From: Candidatus Omnitrophota bacterium
GTDB lineage: Bacteria > Omnitrophota > Gorgyraeia > 2-01-FULL-45-10
Reading direction: 5' to 3'
NCBI GenBank assembly: GCA_026387175.1
Contig: JAPLME010000004.1
Coordinates: forward strand, 447-64,446
Length of the DNA: 64,000 nucleotides
The notes under the pieces were generated by a model that made no database searches, had not been told where the DNA came from, and worked only from the letters and a program-made list of their open reading frames with translations. A program made the translations under genes and the position numbers. Of this stretch, positions 38,089 to 49,270 are shown piece by piece. Position 1 is the first letter of the stretch, and each line of letters begins with the position of its first letter.

Positions 38089-39978
38089 GTGTTCGAATCC
38101 ATAAAGATCTATCTAAACGAAGAGATAGACGTAGAGAAGATATCGACGAGGCTTGTCGAGTACGGCTATCACGCCCGAAAGAGGGTCGCCGAAGAGGGGG
38201 ATTACTCCCGGCTCGGGGACACCATCACAGTATATCCGCTTACATTCGAATACCCGCTCAGAATAGAGCTCCTGGATAATAAAGTCGAGAGAATAAGAAG
38301 CGTCGATCCTGTCACATACCAGAATGTCGACGAACACTCCGCCGCTATAATCCTTCCAATAAAGGGCATACAGAGAAAGAGGATCCGGCGCAAAGAGCCC
38401 TTGGCCGGGGAAGAGTCCCCGATAGATAATTTTGTCGATATAGAGCCGGGGGATTACGTCGTACATATCGACCACGGCATAGGAAAGTATCTCGGTATAG
38501 AGAAGCTGAAGATAGAGGGTAAATATGTTGAGCATCTAGCGCTGGAATACGCTGACGGCGAAAAGCTCTTCGTTCCTTTCGACGATGTCGGCAAGATACA
38601 TAAATACCTGGGATTCGAGAGAAGGCTGCCGAAACTGCACAAGATCGGGTCGAAACTGTGGAACGCCGCCAAGGAGAGGGTGAAGAGCGGCGTATCGAAG
38701 ATAGCGATCGATCTTCTGGACCTGCAGGCAAAACGCGCGGCCGCCGGAGGGTTCAAATTTTCGCCGGATACGGAGTGGCAGAAAGAGCTGGAAGGCAGTT
38801 TCCCGTATAAAGAGACAGCCGACCAGCTGCGCGCGACGGCCGAGGTAAAAAAGGATATGGAATCCCCGAAGCCGATGGACAGGCTCCTATGCGGCGATGT
38901 GGGTTACGGAAAGACCGAGGTCGCGCTCCGGGCGGCGTTTAAGGCCGTGATGGACAATAAGCAGGTGGCGATACTTGTGCCGACGACGATCCTCGCCGAG
39001 CAGCATTTCAATACATTCCGGAACAGGATGCGGGCCTTTCCCGTGGCCGTAGAGATGCTGTCGCGTTTCAGGACATCCAGGGAACAGGGAAGAATAGTCA
39101 AGGATGTGGCTGAAGGTAAAGTCGATATAATAATCGGCACGCACAGGCTTTTGTCGAGCGACATGGCTTTCAAAGACTTGGGCCTGGTAATAATAGACGA
39201 GGAGCAGAGGTTCGGCGTGCGGCATAAAGAGCGCCTGAAGAAACTCCGCGTCAATACGGACGTGCTCACATTGACAGCGACCCCGATCCCGCGAACGTTA
39301 TACTTTGCCCTCATGGGCGGCCGCGACATCTCCATTATAAATACTCCGCCGTCCGAGAGGCAGCCCGTAGAGACTAAAGTCGTTCATTACGATGAAGCGT
39401 TGATAAAAGACGCGATATTGGCCGAGAAGGCCAGGGGAGGCCAGGTATTCTTTGTCCATAACAGGGTCAAGGGCATCGAGCTTATAGCCGAGAAGATCTC
39501 AAGCCTTGTTCCCGGGATCAGGCTGGTCGTAGCTCACGGCCAGATGCCGGAGAGGATGCTCGAAGAAACGATGATCAATTTTATAAAGGGGAACATAGAC
39601 TGCCTAGTATCGACCACGATCATCGAATCCGGCATAGATATACCGAACGCCAACACTATTATCATAAACAGGGCCGATGCCTTCGGGCTATCCGAACTTT
39701 ATCAGCTCCGCGGAAGGGTAGGCAGGTTTACGCGCGCGGCGCATGCTTATCTTATGATACCGAAAAAATTTGTCTTGAGTGCGGAGTCCGAGAAGAGGCT
39801 CCAGGCGATAAAGAAATTTCAGGAGCTGGGCAGCGGGTTCAAGCTCGCGATGGAGGACCTGCAGATAAGGGGAGCGGGAAACCTCCTCGGCGTTGAACAG
39901 CATGGTTATATAAGCTCGGTCGGGTTCGACTTATATTGCCGTCTCCTGAAGTCCGCTGTGGACTCATATAAGAGCTGA
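38089..39978 (+). CDS. mfd: transcription-repair coupling factor Mfd, minimal 629-aa form
   Basis: RID (PGDYVVHIDHGIGKY), CGDVGYGKT, DEEQRFG, TATPIPRT, QLRGRVGR, TRG (DLQIRGAGNLLG); GTG start just after argS. Confidence 0.9.
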   Translation: MFESIKIYLNEEIDVEKISTRLVEYGYHARKRVAEEGDYSRLGDTITVYPLTFEYPLRIELLDNKVERIRSVDPVTYQNVDEHSAAIILPIKGIQRKRIRRKEPLAGEESPIDNFVDIEPGDYVVHIDHGIGKYLGIEKLKIEGKYVEHLALEYADGEKLFVPFDDVGKIHKYLGFERRLPKLHKIGSKLWNAAKERVKSGVSKIAIDLLDLQAKRAAAGGFKFSPDTEWQKELEGSFPYKETADQLRATAEVKKDMESPKPMDRLLCGDVGYGKTEVALRAAFKAVMDNKQVAILVPTTILAEQHFNTFRNRMRAFPVAVEMLSRFRTSREQGRIVKDVAEGKVDIIIGTHRLLSSDMAFKDLGLVIIDEEQRFGVRHKERLKKLRVNTDVLTLTATPIPRTLYFALMGGRDISIINTPPSERQPVETKVVHYDEALIKDAILAEKARGGQVFFVHNRVKGIELIAEKISSLVPGIRLVVAHGQMPERMLEETMINFIKGNIDCLVSTTIIESGIDIPNANTIIINRADAFGLSELYQLRGRVGRFTRAAHAYLMIPKKFVLSAESEKRLQAIKKFQELGSGFKLAMEDLQIRGAGNLLGVEQHGYISSVGFDLYCRLLKSAVDSYKS

Positions 39979-40030
39979 GGCAGTTCGAGATTGAATATGC
40001 TCGCTTTTAATGGTAATATATAATCCAATT

Positions 40031-40909
40031 ATGAATATACGGCATATTCTTATAGTAATATTAAGCGCCTCATTAACATTGGCCTTCGGCTGCGCGAAAG
40101 AGCCTTCCCCGGATGATAAGGTCCTTGTAAAGATCAGTAACAGCACCATCACTCTTAAGGATTTTAAGACAAGGATCGAGAAGCTTCCGCCTTACTACCG
40201 GAATATGGTCGAGAAGGACAGGAAGCGTTATCTGGAAGAGATGATCGCTGAAAAATTATTCTACGAGGAAGCCCTGCGAAGAGGGCTGAATAATGATAAA
40301 GAAGTCGCTGAGATAGTGATGGAGGCCAAGAGGAAGATCGTTATAGCGAAGCTTATCAAGAATGACGTGGAAGACAAGGTGAAAGTGAGCGAGGATGAGA
40401 TCGCTAGCTTTTACGCAGCGAACAAGGATAAGCTGAAGACGCCGGAAATGTGGCGCGCGTCGCAAATACTGGTGCCGACCGAACAGGAAGCGAAGGAAAT
40501 TCTGCAGAAATTAAATAGCGGCGGCAATTTTGAGGATATCGCCAGAGCTCAGTCAAAGGACGCTACCGCATCCAGGGGCGGCGATATCGGGTACTTCAGG
40601 GCCGGCCAGCTGGTGCCCGATTTCGAGAAAGCAGCCCTCAGCCTGGACGTGGGCCAGTTGAGCGACGTCGTGCACACAAAATTCGGCTACCATATAATAA
40701 AGCTCACCGATAATAAGGCCCCCGATATGCAGACTTATGAAAAAGCGAAGCCGCTGATAGAGAATGAGCTCAGGAAGAAGAAGAAGGCGGAACTCTTCTA
40801 CGAGCTTGTGATGGCATTAAAAAAGAAATATGGCGTAAATATAGATGAGAGCGCGTTCAGTTCCAAAGACCCATTAAAAAAAGAAGACAAACCGGACGGT
40901 GAGATATGA
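40031..40909 (+). CDS. parvulin-type PPIase lipoprotein (PrsA/PpiC-like)
   Basis: Lipobox AFGC; ASQILV, S.D.TA.RGGDIG.F..GQLVP.FE, TKFGYHIIK. Confidence 0.9.
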   Translation: MNIRHILIVILSASLTLAFGCAKEPSPDDKVLVKISNSTITLKDFKTRIEKLPPYYRNMVEKDRKRYLEEMIAEKLFYEEALRRGLNNDKEVAEIVMEAKRKIVIAKLIKNDVEDKVKVSEDEIASFYAANKDKLKTPEMWRASQILVPTEQEAKEILQKLNSGGNFEDIARAQSKDATASRGGDIGYFRAGQLVPDFEKAALSLDVGQLSDVVHTKFGYHIIKLTDNKAPDMQTYEKAKPLIENELRKKKKAELFYELVMALKKKYGVNIDESAFSSKDPLKKEDKPDGEI

Positions 40910-41859
40910 AAAAAATACGCTTACTATTTTTAGCGCTTGTCTTCATGGCCTCGGCGTCGGCAGTTTTATACGCGGCGGTAGTGGATAAGATAGTGGTTGT
41001 GATCAATAACGAGGTCATTACTCAGGGCGAGATAGACAGGATACTCGCTCCCGCATATGAGCAATATAAGAGCATGCTTCCCGAGGATCAGCTTATTAAG
41101 AAGCTGGATGATGCCAGACAGGCCGTTATGGCCCAGTTGATAGAAGAGAAGCTCATCCTGAGTGAGGCGAAGAAGCAGAATATCGAAGTCGATGAGAAGG
41201 ATGTGGACGCGAAGGTCCAGGAGTCCAAAAAACGCTTTCCTTCGAACGAGTTGTTCGAGGAGGCGCTCGCCGCGCAGCATCTGACTCTGAAGGATTTGAG
41301 GGCTAAATTTAAAGAGCAGCTTATGACGAAGAAGCTGATAGATCAGAAAGTCGGCTCAAAAGTTTTCATAACTCCGAACGAGGTAATTGAATATTACGGG
41401 AAGCATGCAGAGGAATTTTCCAAACCGGAGGCGCTCCGGTTAAGCAACATACTGATAAAGCCTAAAGAGAATGTGAAGATTGAGAAGACGGTGGAGCTGG
41501 TCGCCGAGATAGGCAAGCGCCTTAAAGGGGGCAGCGATTTTGCCGAACTTGCGAAGATCTATTCCGAGGGCCCGGGCGCCAAAGAAGGCGGCGCTATGGG
41601 ATATGTGAGAAGAGGGGATCTCTTACCCGAGATAGAGAAAGTGGTATTCAGTATGAAGGAGGGAGAGATCTCCGACGTGATACGGACTAAGGTCGGATTT
41701 CATTTTATCAAGGTGGATGAGAAGAAGGCTCCCGAGAGCGTTAGCATGGCTGACGCGCGCCAATCTATCGAGCAGACGCTCTGGATGAGCAAGATGAGGG
41801 AAAAATCAAAGGGGTGGATCGAGGAACTGAGAAAGCATGCCTACATCGCGTTCAAGTAA
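40906..41859 (+). CDS. surA: SurA-like periplasmic chaperone/PPIase
   Basis: VDKIVVVINNEVIT N-domain plus parvulin domain (F.ELAK.YSEGP....GG.MG); precedes pdxA-rsmA. Confidence 0.85.
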   Translation: MKKIRLLFLALVFMASASAVLYAAVVDKIVVVINNEVITQGEIDRILAPAYEQYKSMLPEDQLIKKLDDARQAVMAQLIEEKLILSEAKKQNIEVDEKDVDAKVQESKKRFPSNELFEEALAAQHLTLKDLRAKFKEQLMTKKLIDQKVGSKVFITPNEVIEYYGKHAEEFSKPEALRLSNILIKPKENVKIEKTVELVAEIGKRLKGGSDFAELAKIYSEGPGAKEGGAMGYVRRGDLLPEIEKVVFSMKEGEISDVIRTKVGFHFIKVDEKKAPESVSMADARQSIEQTLWMSKMREKSKGWIEELRKHAYIAFK

Positions 41860-42802
41860 GCAGCGAATTGTTATAACCATGGGGGATCCCTCCGGTATAG
41901 GTCCCGAAGTTACTTTAAAAGCTCTGGCAAGTCCTCAGATCAAGGGGCTTGCCGATTTTATTGTTGTGGGCAATCGGTTTACCATAGAGAAAACCTCGCG
42001 TGAGCTGGGGCTGAAATTTTCGGCGTCTCTAATGGATATAGATAATGTCCCGCAGGAAATATTCAGATATGGCAAATCTCATCCGGCTTTCGGCAAAGCG
42101 TCAATACAGTATATCGATAAAGCCCTGGATATTATAGATAGTGATGACGCGGATTCGCTCGTCACGGCTCCGATAAACAAGGCCTCCATAAACTCCGCGG
42201 GCTATAAGGGATTCGAAGGCCATACCGAATATCTGGCTAAAAAGACCCATGCGAGTAATTTCGCGATGATGTTCGTAGGCAAAGAGCTTAAGATAACGCT
42301 TGTAACGCGCCATATAGCGCTCAGGGACCTGCCGAAAAAACTCTCGGAGGCAAATATCCTTTCGGCAATAGAGCTCACAGATAGATATCTAAAAAAATTC
42401 TTCAGGATTTCGGCTCCCAGGATCGGCGTGGCGGGATTAAACCCGCATGCAGGCGAGGGCGGCATGTTCGGAGACGAAGAGGAGCTAGTCATAGCTCCAG
42501 CTATAAAGAAAGCGGCCAAACACGTTAAATGCCTCACCGGCCCGGTGAGCCCCGACGTCATATTCAATATGGCGCTTGACGGAAAATTCGACGCGGTGAT
42601 ATCCATGTATCACGACCAGGCGCTTATACCGTTCAAGCTCCTCTATTTTAATACGGGCGTGAATCTCACGCTCGGCCTTCCGTTTGTCCGCACCTCGCCG
42701 GATCACGGCACGGCATTCGATATAGCGGGAAAGGGAATTGCCGACCCGTCGTCGATGATCGAGGCCATAAAGCTCGCATGCCGTCTGTCCGGCAAAGCGT
42801 GA
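41837..42802 (+). CDS. pdxA: 4-hydroxythreonine-4-phosphate dehydrogenase
   Basis: ITMGDPSGIGPEV, TAPINK, GHTEYL, GLNPHAGE, MYHDQ, RTSPDHGTAFDIAG. Confidence 0.96.
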   Translation: MPTSRSSKQRIVITMGDPSGIGPEVTLKALASPQIKGLADFIVVGNRFTIEKTSRELGLKFSASLMDIDNVPQEIFRYGKSHPAFGKASIQYIDKALDIIDSDDADSLVTAPINKASINSAGYKGFEGHTEYLAKKTHASNFAMMFVGKELKITLVTRHIALRDLPKKLSEANILSAIELTDRYLKKFFRISAPRIGVAGLNPHAGEGGMFGDEEELVIAPAIKKAAKHVKCLTGPVSPDVIFNMALDGKFDAVISMYHDQALIPFKLLYFNTGVNLTLGLPFVRTSPDHGTAFDIAGKGIADPSSMIEAIKLACRLSGKA

Positions 42803-42811
42803 CTTAAGGCC

Positions 42812-43645
42812 ATGCTCACCATCTCACAGCTTAAAGAGATCTTCGCAAAATACGATTTCCATCCGCTGAAACGCCTCGGCGAAAACTACCTGATCGATTC
42901 AAATATCAAAGATAAGATAATCGCCGAGAGCCGTCTCTTAAAAGAGGACATAGTCCTGGAGATAGGGCCCGGCCTGGGTGCCGTCACAATGGACCTGGCG
43001 AAATCCGGCGCCGGGGTCTTTGCCGTAGAAAAAGATAGGAAAGCGTTCGCGATCCTTGGCAAATTGTCCGCAGACATTCCAAATCTGAAACTCATCCAGG
43101 GCGACATACTGGAATTCGATATAAGAGACATAGGAGCTTCTAAAAGGATAAAGGTTATCGGAAATCTGCCTTATTATATAACGACGCCGATCATGGAATA
43201 TCTGATCAGGAATAAAGCAGACATAGAGTCGGCGATCGTCATGGTCCAGAGGGAATTCGCTAACCGGCTGCTTGCCTTGCCGGGGACAAAAGATTACAGC
43301 TCATTAAGCTGCTTCATTCAATACCATATGAAGCCGAGTTACATTTACACGGTCAAGAGGGCCTCTTTTTATCCCGAGCCCGATGTCGACACAGGCCTGA
43401 TAAGGCTGGATGTGCTGGAGACGCCTTCGGTCGATGTGAAGGATGAGGACCTCTTATTTAAGGTCATACGAAGCTCGTTTAACCAGCGGCGCAAGTCGAT
43501 AATAAACTCACTATCCCGCGAAGAGGCCCTCAATATGCCTAAGAAGGACCTTTCGGACATTTTGGCCGGCTTAAAGATAGATCCTTCCATTCGCCCTGAG
43601 ATGCTGAGCCTGTCCGAATTTGCGAAGATCGCCAACGCCCTTTAG
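42812..43645 (+). CDS. rsmA: 16S rRNA m6,2A1518/1519 dimethyltransferase
   Basis: KRLGENYL, LEIGPGLG, GNLPYYITTP, MVQRE.A.R, QRRK. Confidence 0.96.
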   Translation: MLTISQLKEIFAKYDFHPLKRLGENYLIDSNIKDKIIAESRLLKEDIVLEIGPGLGAVTMDLAKSGAGVFAVEKDRKAFAILGKLSADIPNLKLIQGDILEFDIRDIGASKRIKVIGNLPYYITTPIMEYLIRNKADIESAIVMVQREFANRLLALPGTKDYSSLSCFIQYHMKPSYIYTVKRASFYPEPDVDTGLIRLDVLETPSVDVKDEDLLFKVIRSSFNQRRKSIINSLSREEALNMPKKDLSDILAGLKIDPSIRPEMLSLSEFAKIANAL

Positions 43646-43733
43646 TACCGTATTAGACCCCCAGGGTCTAGGAGGTAGGCGAATTGACAAATAGCTACTC
43701 CTATGGTAACTTATACTGAAATAAGGATTTGTG

Positions 43734-44030
43734 ATGAAAATAGATAAAGAGACTGTAAGGCGCGTCGCGGCTCTCTCGCGGCTGTCTTTAGCCGATGACG
43801 AGCTCCTGGCATACAGCTCCCAGCTGGCGACTATCATTGACTATATATCAAAATTAAATGAAATAGATACTAAGGATGTCCCTCCTACGAGCCATGCCTT
43901 GTCCACTCTCAAGAATGTATATCGCAAGGATCTGCTGAAACCCTCGTTAAAGACCGAAGAAGCGCTCGCGAACGCGCCTTCAAAAGACGGCGATTTTTTC
44001 AAAGTGCCTCAGGTGGTCGAGAACAAATGA
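43734..44030 (+). CDS. gatC: Asp/Glu-tRNA amidotransferase subunit C
   Basis: V..VA.LSRL, V.PTSH, N.YR.D, LANAP....FFKVP.V. Confidence 0.94.
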   Translation: MKIDKETVRRVAALSRLSLADDELLAYSSQLATIIDYISKLNEIDTKDVPPTSHALSTLKNVYRKDLLKPSLKTEEALANAPSKDGDFFKVPQVVENK

Positions 44031-45451
44031 TGGAAAATCTACATCAATTAACCGGCCACGAAATCAGAAAACTGCGAAGCGCTCTTGAAGGCGCTAAGGT
44101 ATTGGATGCCATATATAAGCGCATTGAGGCTATCGACCCAAAGATCAAAGCGTTTGCTTTTGTGAATAAGAAGGCCGGCCAGCATAATGGCGGGGGTAAA
44201 TTGGCCGGCGTTCCGGTGCTGGTCAAAGATAACATCTGTGTGAAGGATGAGGCGACTACCTGTTCATCAAAGATATTGAAAGACTTCAAGCCGCCTTATG
44301 ACGCTACAGTAGTCAGGAAACTTAAGGAGGAGGGGGCCTTTCTAATCGGAAAAGCCAATATGGATGAGTTCGCGTTCGGGTCATCATGCGAGACGTCCTG
44401 TTACGGGCCTACGAGGAATCCATGGGATCTCGACAGGATCCCCGGCGGATCGTCCGGTGGTTCCGCCGCGGCGGTCGCCGGCGATGAGACTATAATGGCG
44501 CTCGGCTCGGATACGGGCGGATCTATAAGGCAGCCGGCCGCGCTCTGCGGAGTGGTGGGGTTGAAACCCACATACGGCAGGGTCTCAAGGTACGGGTTGA
44601 TCGCGTTCGCCTCAAGTCTCGACCAGATTGGGCCGATAACAAAGGACGTCGAGGATTCTGCGCTCCTCCTCAGCGTGATAGCCGGTTATGATGAGATGGA
44701 CTCGACATCTGTGGACATTCCGGTTCCTGATTACGCCAAGTCGCTCGTCAAGGATGTCAAGGGACTGCGCATAGGCGTTCCGAAAGAATATTTTGTTAAG
44801 GGGATAGACGAAGAGGTGGAGGCCGCTGCCAGACGTTCGATCGCTGTATTCAAAGATCTCGGCGCCTCTATAGTCGACATAAGCTTGCCTCACACAGAGT
44901 ACGCCGTGAGCGCATATTATATAATCGGCCCCGCGGAGGCGAGCTCGAACCTCGCGCGATTTGACGGCGCGCATTACGGCTACAGGGTGCCCGACGCTAA
45001 AGATATCATAGATATGTACACCCGGACCCGCTCGCAAGGGTTCGGCAATGAAGCGAAGCGCAGGATACTTCTCGGCACATATTGCCTTTCAGCCGGATAC
45101 TATGACGCGTATTACCTGAAGGCCCTGAAGGTTCGCACGAAGATAAAAGAGGATTTCGATAACGCTTTTCAGTCCTGCGATCTGATAGTCACGCCGACAT
45201 CTCCGACGCCCGCGTTCAAGATAGGGGAGAAGGCCAATGATCCGCTCGCTATGTACCTCTCGGACATATTTACGATACCGGCGAACCTTGCGGGGCTGCC
45301 GGGGATATCCATCCCATGCGGATTTTCTTCGCTCGGCCTTCCGATAGGGTTGCAGATAATGGCAAGGCCGTTCGCCGAGGAGACGATATTCAGGGCCGCT
45401 TACGCTTTTGAGCAGAGCACGGATTTCCATAAGAGAAAGCCGAAACTATGA
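44027..45451 (+). CDS. gatA: Asp/Glu-tRNA amidotransferase subunit A
   Basis: [47 protein letters not shown]. Confidence 0.97.
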   Translation: MMENLHQLTGHEIRKLRSALEGAKVLDAIYKRIEAIDPKIKAFAFVNKKAGQHNGGGKLAGVPVLVKDNICVKDEATTCSSKILKDFKPPYDATVVRKLKEEGAFLIGKANMDEFAFGSSCETSCYGPTRNPWDLDRIPGGSSGGSAAAVAGDETIMALGSDTGGSIRQPAALCGVVGLKPTYGRVSRYGLIAFASSLDQIGPITKDVEDSALLLSVIAGYDEMDSTSVDIPVPDYAKSLVKDVKGLRIGVPKEYFVKGIDEEVEAAARRSIAVFKDLGASIVDISLPHTEYAVSAYYIIGPAEASSNLARFDGAHYGYRVPDAKDIIDMYTRTRSQGFGNEAKRRILLGTYCLSAGYYDAYYLKALKVRTKIKEDFDNAFQSCDLIVTPTSPTPAFKIGEKANDPLAMYLSDIFTIPANLAGLPGISIPCGFSSLGLPIGLQIMARPFAEETIFRAAYAFEQSTDFHKRKPKL

Positions 45452-46884
45452 CCTATGAAACCGTGATAGGGCTTGAGGTCCACCTGCAGCTCTCGACCGT
45501 GACGAAGGCCTTCTGCGGATGTTCGACAAAGTTTGGTCAGAAGCCGAACAGCCAGACATGCCCCGTATGCCTGGGGCTTCCGGGCAGCCTGCCCGTATTG
45601 AACGAGCAGGCGTTCCTTTATGCGATCAAAGTCGCCCTCGCGCTCAATTGCAAGATCCAGAACCTGATAAAGTTTGACAGGAAAAATTATTATTATCCGG
45701 ACCTTCCCAAGAACTACCAGATATCGCAATACGATATGCCCCTCTCATACGATGGTTTTGTCGATATTCCGGAGGCCGGCGCCAAGCTTCCGAAACGTAT
45801 CCGTATATTGCGCGTTCATCTCGAAGAGGACGCGGGAAAGCTCATCCATTCGGAAGGAGAAGGGTACAGTCTGGTGGACCTTAACAGGACGGGCCTGCCT
45901 CTACTCGAGATAGTAACCGAACCCGATATGAATTCGCCGCAGGAAGCATATGACTATCTGACAAAATTGAAATCCATTCTCGAGTATCTGAAGGTCTCGG
46001 ATTGCGATATGGAGAAGGGCTCTCTCAGATGCGACGCGAACATATCGATCCGCCCTAAAGGCGAGAGTAAGCTGGGCACCAAGGTCGAACTGAAAAATAT
46101 GAATTCATTTAAAGGCGTAAAGGCCTCCCTGGAATACGAAGTTAAACGCCAGACAGCCGCTGTTACGGATGGGGAGAAGATCATACAGGAGACGAGGCTG
46201 TGGGACGCGGATAAGCTGGTAACTATCTCAATGCGTAATAAAGAAGAGGCTACTGACTACAGATATTTCCCAGAGCCGGACCTCGTGCCTTTTATTGTGG
46301 ATAAATCGCTCATCCAGAAGATAAGGAGCGGCCTGCCGGAGCTTCCTGAAGCCAAGGTCAACAGGTTCATTAAAGATTTCGATCTGTCGGAATACGATTC
46401 TAATGTGCTCGCGAGCCAGTCGGAACTTGCGGAATATTTCGAGAAGTGCGCGAAGATTTATGGAAACAAGAAGGCCATAGCTAATTGGATAATGGGCGAC
46501 ATTATGGCCTATCTTAATACTAACGGTATCGCGCCGGCGGATCTGGGTGTATCTCCGGAAGGCCTTATAGCGCTCCTGAAGATGATAGATGAGGGCGCTG
46601 TAAGCGGTAAGATGGCAAAAGAGATATTGATCGAAGCCATTAAGACGAAGACCAGCCCCGCTGAGATAGTCGCCAAAAAAGGCCTGTCGCAAATAAGTGA
46701 TTCCGGCAAACTCGAAGAGGTAGTGGCGCTGACTATCTCCAGAAATGAGAAATCGGTGAATGATTATAAACTCGGGAAGAAGAACGCTCTCGGATATTTG
46801 GTGGGCCAGATAATGAAAGAGACCAAGGGCGCGGCCAATCCTGAAATGGTCAATCGGATATTGAAGAAGAAGCTGGGAGAATAA
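45448..46884 (+). CDS. gatB: Asp/Glu-tRNA amidotransferase subunit B
   Basis: [44 protein letters not shown]. Confidence 0.97.
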   Translation: MTYETVIGLEVHLQLSTVTKAFCGCSTKFGQKPNSQTCPVCLGLPGSLPVLNEQAFLYAIKVALALNCKIQNLIKFDRKNYYYPDLPKNYQISQYDMPLSYDGFVDIPEAGAKLPKRIRILRVHLEEDAGKLIHSEGEGYSLVDLNRTGLPLLEIVTEPDMNSPQEAYDYLTKLKSILEYLKVSDCDMEKGSLRCDANISIRPKGESKLGTKVELKNMNSFKGVKASLEYEVKRQTAAVTDGEKIIQETRLWDADKLVTISMRNKEEATDYRYFPEPDLVPFIVDKSLIQKIRSGLPELPEAKVNRFIKDFDLSEYDSNVLASQSELAEYFEKCAKIYGNKKAIANWIMGDIMAYLNTNGIAPADLGVSPEGLIALLKMIDEGAVSGKMAKEILIEAIKTKTSPAEIVAKKGLSQISDSGKLEEVVALTISRNEKSVNDYKLGKKNALGYLVGQIMKETKGAANPEMVNRILKKKLGE

Positions 46885-46889
46885 AGATA

Positions 46890-48167
46890 ATGAGAAGATG
46901 GCTGGGCGTTTTAGCTGTTCTTGCAGTATTTATTTTCGGCGTCGCGCTCGCCTCCGGTGTGGGTGAAAAAGCCGCTGAAAAGAGCAAATCTAAGGAAAAT
47001 CTGTACGACCAGCTCGAGCTCTTCGCGGACGCGGTGAGCATACTAAGAAACGAGTATGTGGACGAAGTCGATTCGAAGAAGCTCATATACGGCGCGATGC
47101 AGGGCATGCTCGGGTCCCTCGATGACTACAGCCAGTTCATGGATCCGGATGAATATAACGAGATAAAGATCGAGACAAAGGGCGAGTTCGGCGGCATTGG
47201 CATAGAGATAACCCTGAAGGACGGCGTACTTACGGTCATAACGCCGATGGTCGGCACTCCCGCGGACTTAGGCGGAGTGAAAGCCGGCGATAAGATCGTC
47301 AAGATAGACGGTAAGGTCACGAAGAACATAACTCTTAATGAGGCGGTGAAGCAGATGAGGGGTAAGCCCGGCAGTACCGTGACGCTGACGGTATGGCGCG
47401 AAGGTCTGCCCAATATCCTCGATATTCCGATAAAGCGGGACATGATAAAGGTTCACAGCATAAAGAGGGCCGATATGATCGAGGATAATATCGGGTACAT
47501 AAAATTAGTTGAGTTCCAGGAAAACACTCCCCGCGATCTGGATGACGCCCTGAAGAAGCTGAAGGCCGATGGTATGGATTCGCTGATACTCGATCTCAGA
47601 AACAACCCCGGTGGGCTCCTGGACGGCGCGGTAGACGTGTCGGAGAGATTTTTATCAAAAGATAAAGCCATAGTATCGATAAAATCCAGGACCCAGAGCC
47701 AGAATGCGTCGTTCAAGTCCAGCGGCAAGACCGCGCATACGGATTTCCCGCTCATAGTGATGGTGAACGAAGGTTCGGCAAGCGCCTCGGAGATAGTGGC
47801 CGGCGCCGTGAAGGACAATAAGCGCGGGATAGTCCTTGGCATGAAGACGTTCGGCAAGGCATCGGTCCAGACGGTCATACCGTTAAAAGACGGGTCCGCT
47901 CTCAGATTCACCACCGCGTATTATCTTACGCCGAGCGGTAAGCTGATAAAGAACGAAGGCATTATGCCCGATGTGACCGTCGAAAGAACGGACCATTCCC
48001 GCAAGAAGAAGGACCACAGCGCGGATATATTCGAAAACCTGGAAGAAGGGAAAGACCTGACGGGCGCGAAAGAGAAACCCGAACTCGAAAAAGATAATCA
48101 GCTGGATGCGGCTGTAAATTTAATGAAAGCCATAAAGATCTATAAACGGATGGAAGTTAATAAATGA
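46890..48167 (+). CDS. C-terminal processing protease (S41, CtpA/Prc-like)
   Basis: GEFGGIG PDZ, LDLRNNPGGLL, SASASEIVAG, TFGKASVQ, GIMPD. Confidence 0.95.
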   Translation: MRRWLGVLAVLAVFIFGVALASGVGEKAAEKSKSKENLYDQLELFADAVSILRNEYVDEVDSKKLIYGAMQGMLGSLDDYSQFMDPDEYNEIKIETKGEFGGIGIEITLKDGVLTVITPMVGTPADLGGVKAGDKIVKIDGKVTKNITLNEAVKQMRGKPGSTVTLTVWREGLPNILDIPIKRDMIKVHSIKRADMIEDNIGYIKLVEFQENTPRDLDDALKKLKADGMDSLILDLRNNPGGLLDGAVDVSERFLSKDKAIVSIKSRTQSQNASFKSSGKTAHTDFPLIVMVNEGSASASEIVAGAVKDNKRGIVLGMKTFGKASVQTVIPLKDGSALRFTTAYYLTPSGKLIKNEGIMPDVTVERTDHSRKKKDHSADIFENLEEGKDLTGAKEKPELEKDNQLDAAVNLMKAIKIYKRMEVNK

Positions 48168-49270
48168 AATCAAAATCTGTAACTATTTTATTCCTGGCGG
48201 TTATTCTGGTCACGGGGTTCTTCTATTGGCGGGCCAATTACGGCAAGGTCGATAAGTCCGCCGCGCTTAAAAAAGTCCTCTCGCCGGTATTTTTAAAGTT
48301 CGGCCTTACCGATGACAAGCTTGTCAAGAAGGCCGTGGAAGAGAATAAGCTGGGTGGGGCCAGGTATATAAGCACATACATAGAATATGAGGTGCCGAAG
48401 TCATTCGCGTGGAGAAACTTTGACCCGGCTTTAAGGGCGGCGCTGAAGCGTACGGGATTTATTGTCTTCGATGTCGAACAGACGTTTGAGAAGGATAAGG
48501 AATGTTACGCGGTCATTATAAATTACGGAAAGTTCGATGTGCTCACATTGAAGATAAACCGCAGAGGAAGGCCCGTAGCTATTCCGGTGACCGAGAAAGT
48601 ATATGCTAAACCAAAGGTCGCGATAGTGGTGGATGACTTTGGTTACAGCAAGAACAACCTGGACGCGTTTTTAGGATTGAAGCAGCCCATCACATTATCG
48701 ATCCTTCCGGAACAGCGTTATACCCGTGAGGTCGCGCTACAGGCCAGGGCCCACGGATTCGAGACGATACTTCACCTTCCCCTCGAACCCGGTAGGGATG
48801 ATGTGGGGCAGGAGGTCGATACTATAAAGACCAACATGGGCGAAAAAGAGATAGCGTTAATACTTAAAAAAGAGATAGCTCTGGTGCCGGGGATAGACGG
48901 GGTGTCCAATCATATGGGATCGAAGGCCACCGCGGACAGGGCGACGATGACCTCGATAATAAAACATCTGAAATCCGAAAGCCTGTACTATTTCGACAGC
49001 CTTACCTCGAGCAAATCTGTTTGCGTCGATGTGGCAAGATCGCTTGGCGTCAAATGCGCGAAGCGCGACCTATTTTTAGATAACTCAAACAATACCGCCG
49101 CGATCGAAAAACAATTAGCGGATCTCGAGGCTCTGGCGTTTAAACGCGGCGAAGCGATCGCCATATGTCATGATCGTAAGAATACCGCCGCGGTATTGAT
49201 TAAAGAGCTGCCCAGGATGGCCAAGGACGGGATCGAGTTCGTGCGGCTTTCCGAGCTGGTGAAGAAATGA
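48164..49270 (+). CDS. divergent polysaccharide deacetylase (YibQ family)
   Basis: AIVVDDFG, HLPLEP, NHMGS.AT, FDS.T, RD.FLDN, AI.ICH. Confidence 0.9.
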   Translation: MKSKSVTILFLAVILVTGFFYWRANYGKVDKSAALKKVLSPVFLKFGLTDDKLVKKAVEENKLGGARYISTYIEYEVPKSFAWRNFDPALRAALKRTGFIVFDVEQTFEKDKECYAVIINYGKFDVLTLKINRRGRPVAIPVTEKVYAKPKVAIVVDDFGYSKNNLDAFLGLKQPITLSILPEQRYTREVALQARAHGFETILHLPLEPGRDDVGQEVDTIKTNMGEKEIALILKKEIALVPGIDGVSNHMGSKATADRATMTSIIKHLKSESLYYFDSLTSSKSVCVDVARSLGVKCAKRDLFLDNSNNTAAIEKQLADLEALAFKRGEAIAICHDRKNTAAVLIKELPRMAKDGIEFVRLSELVKK

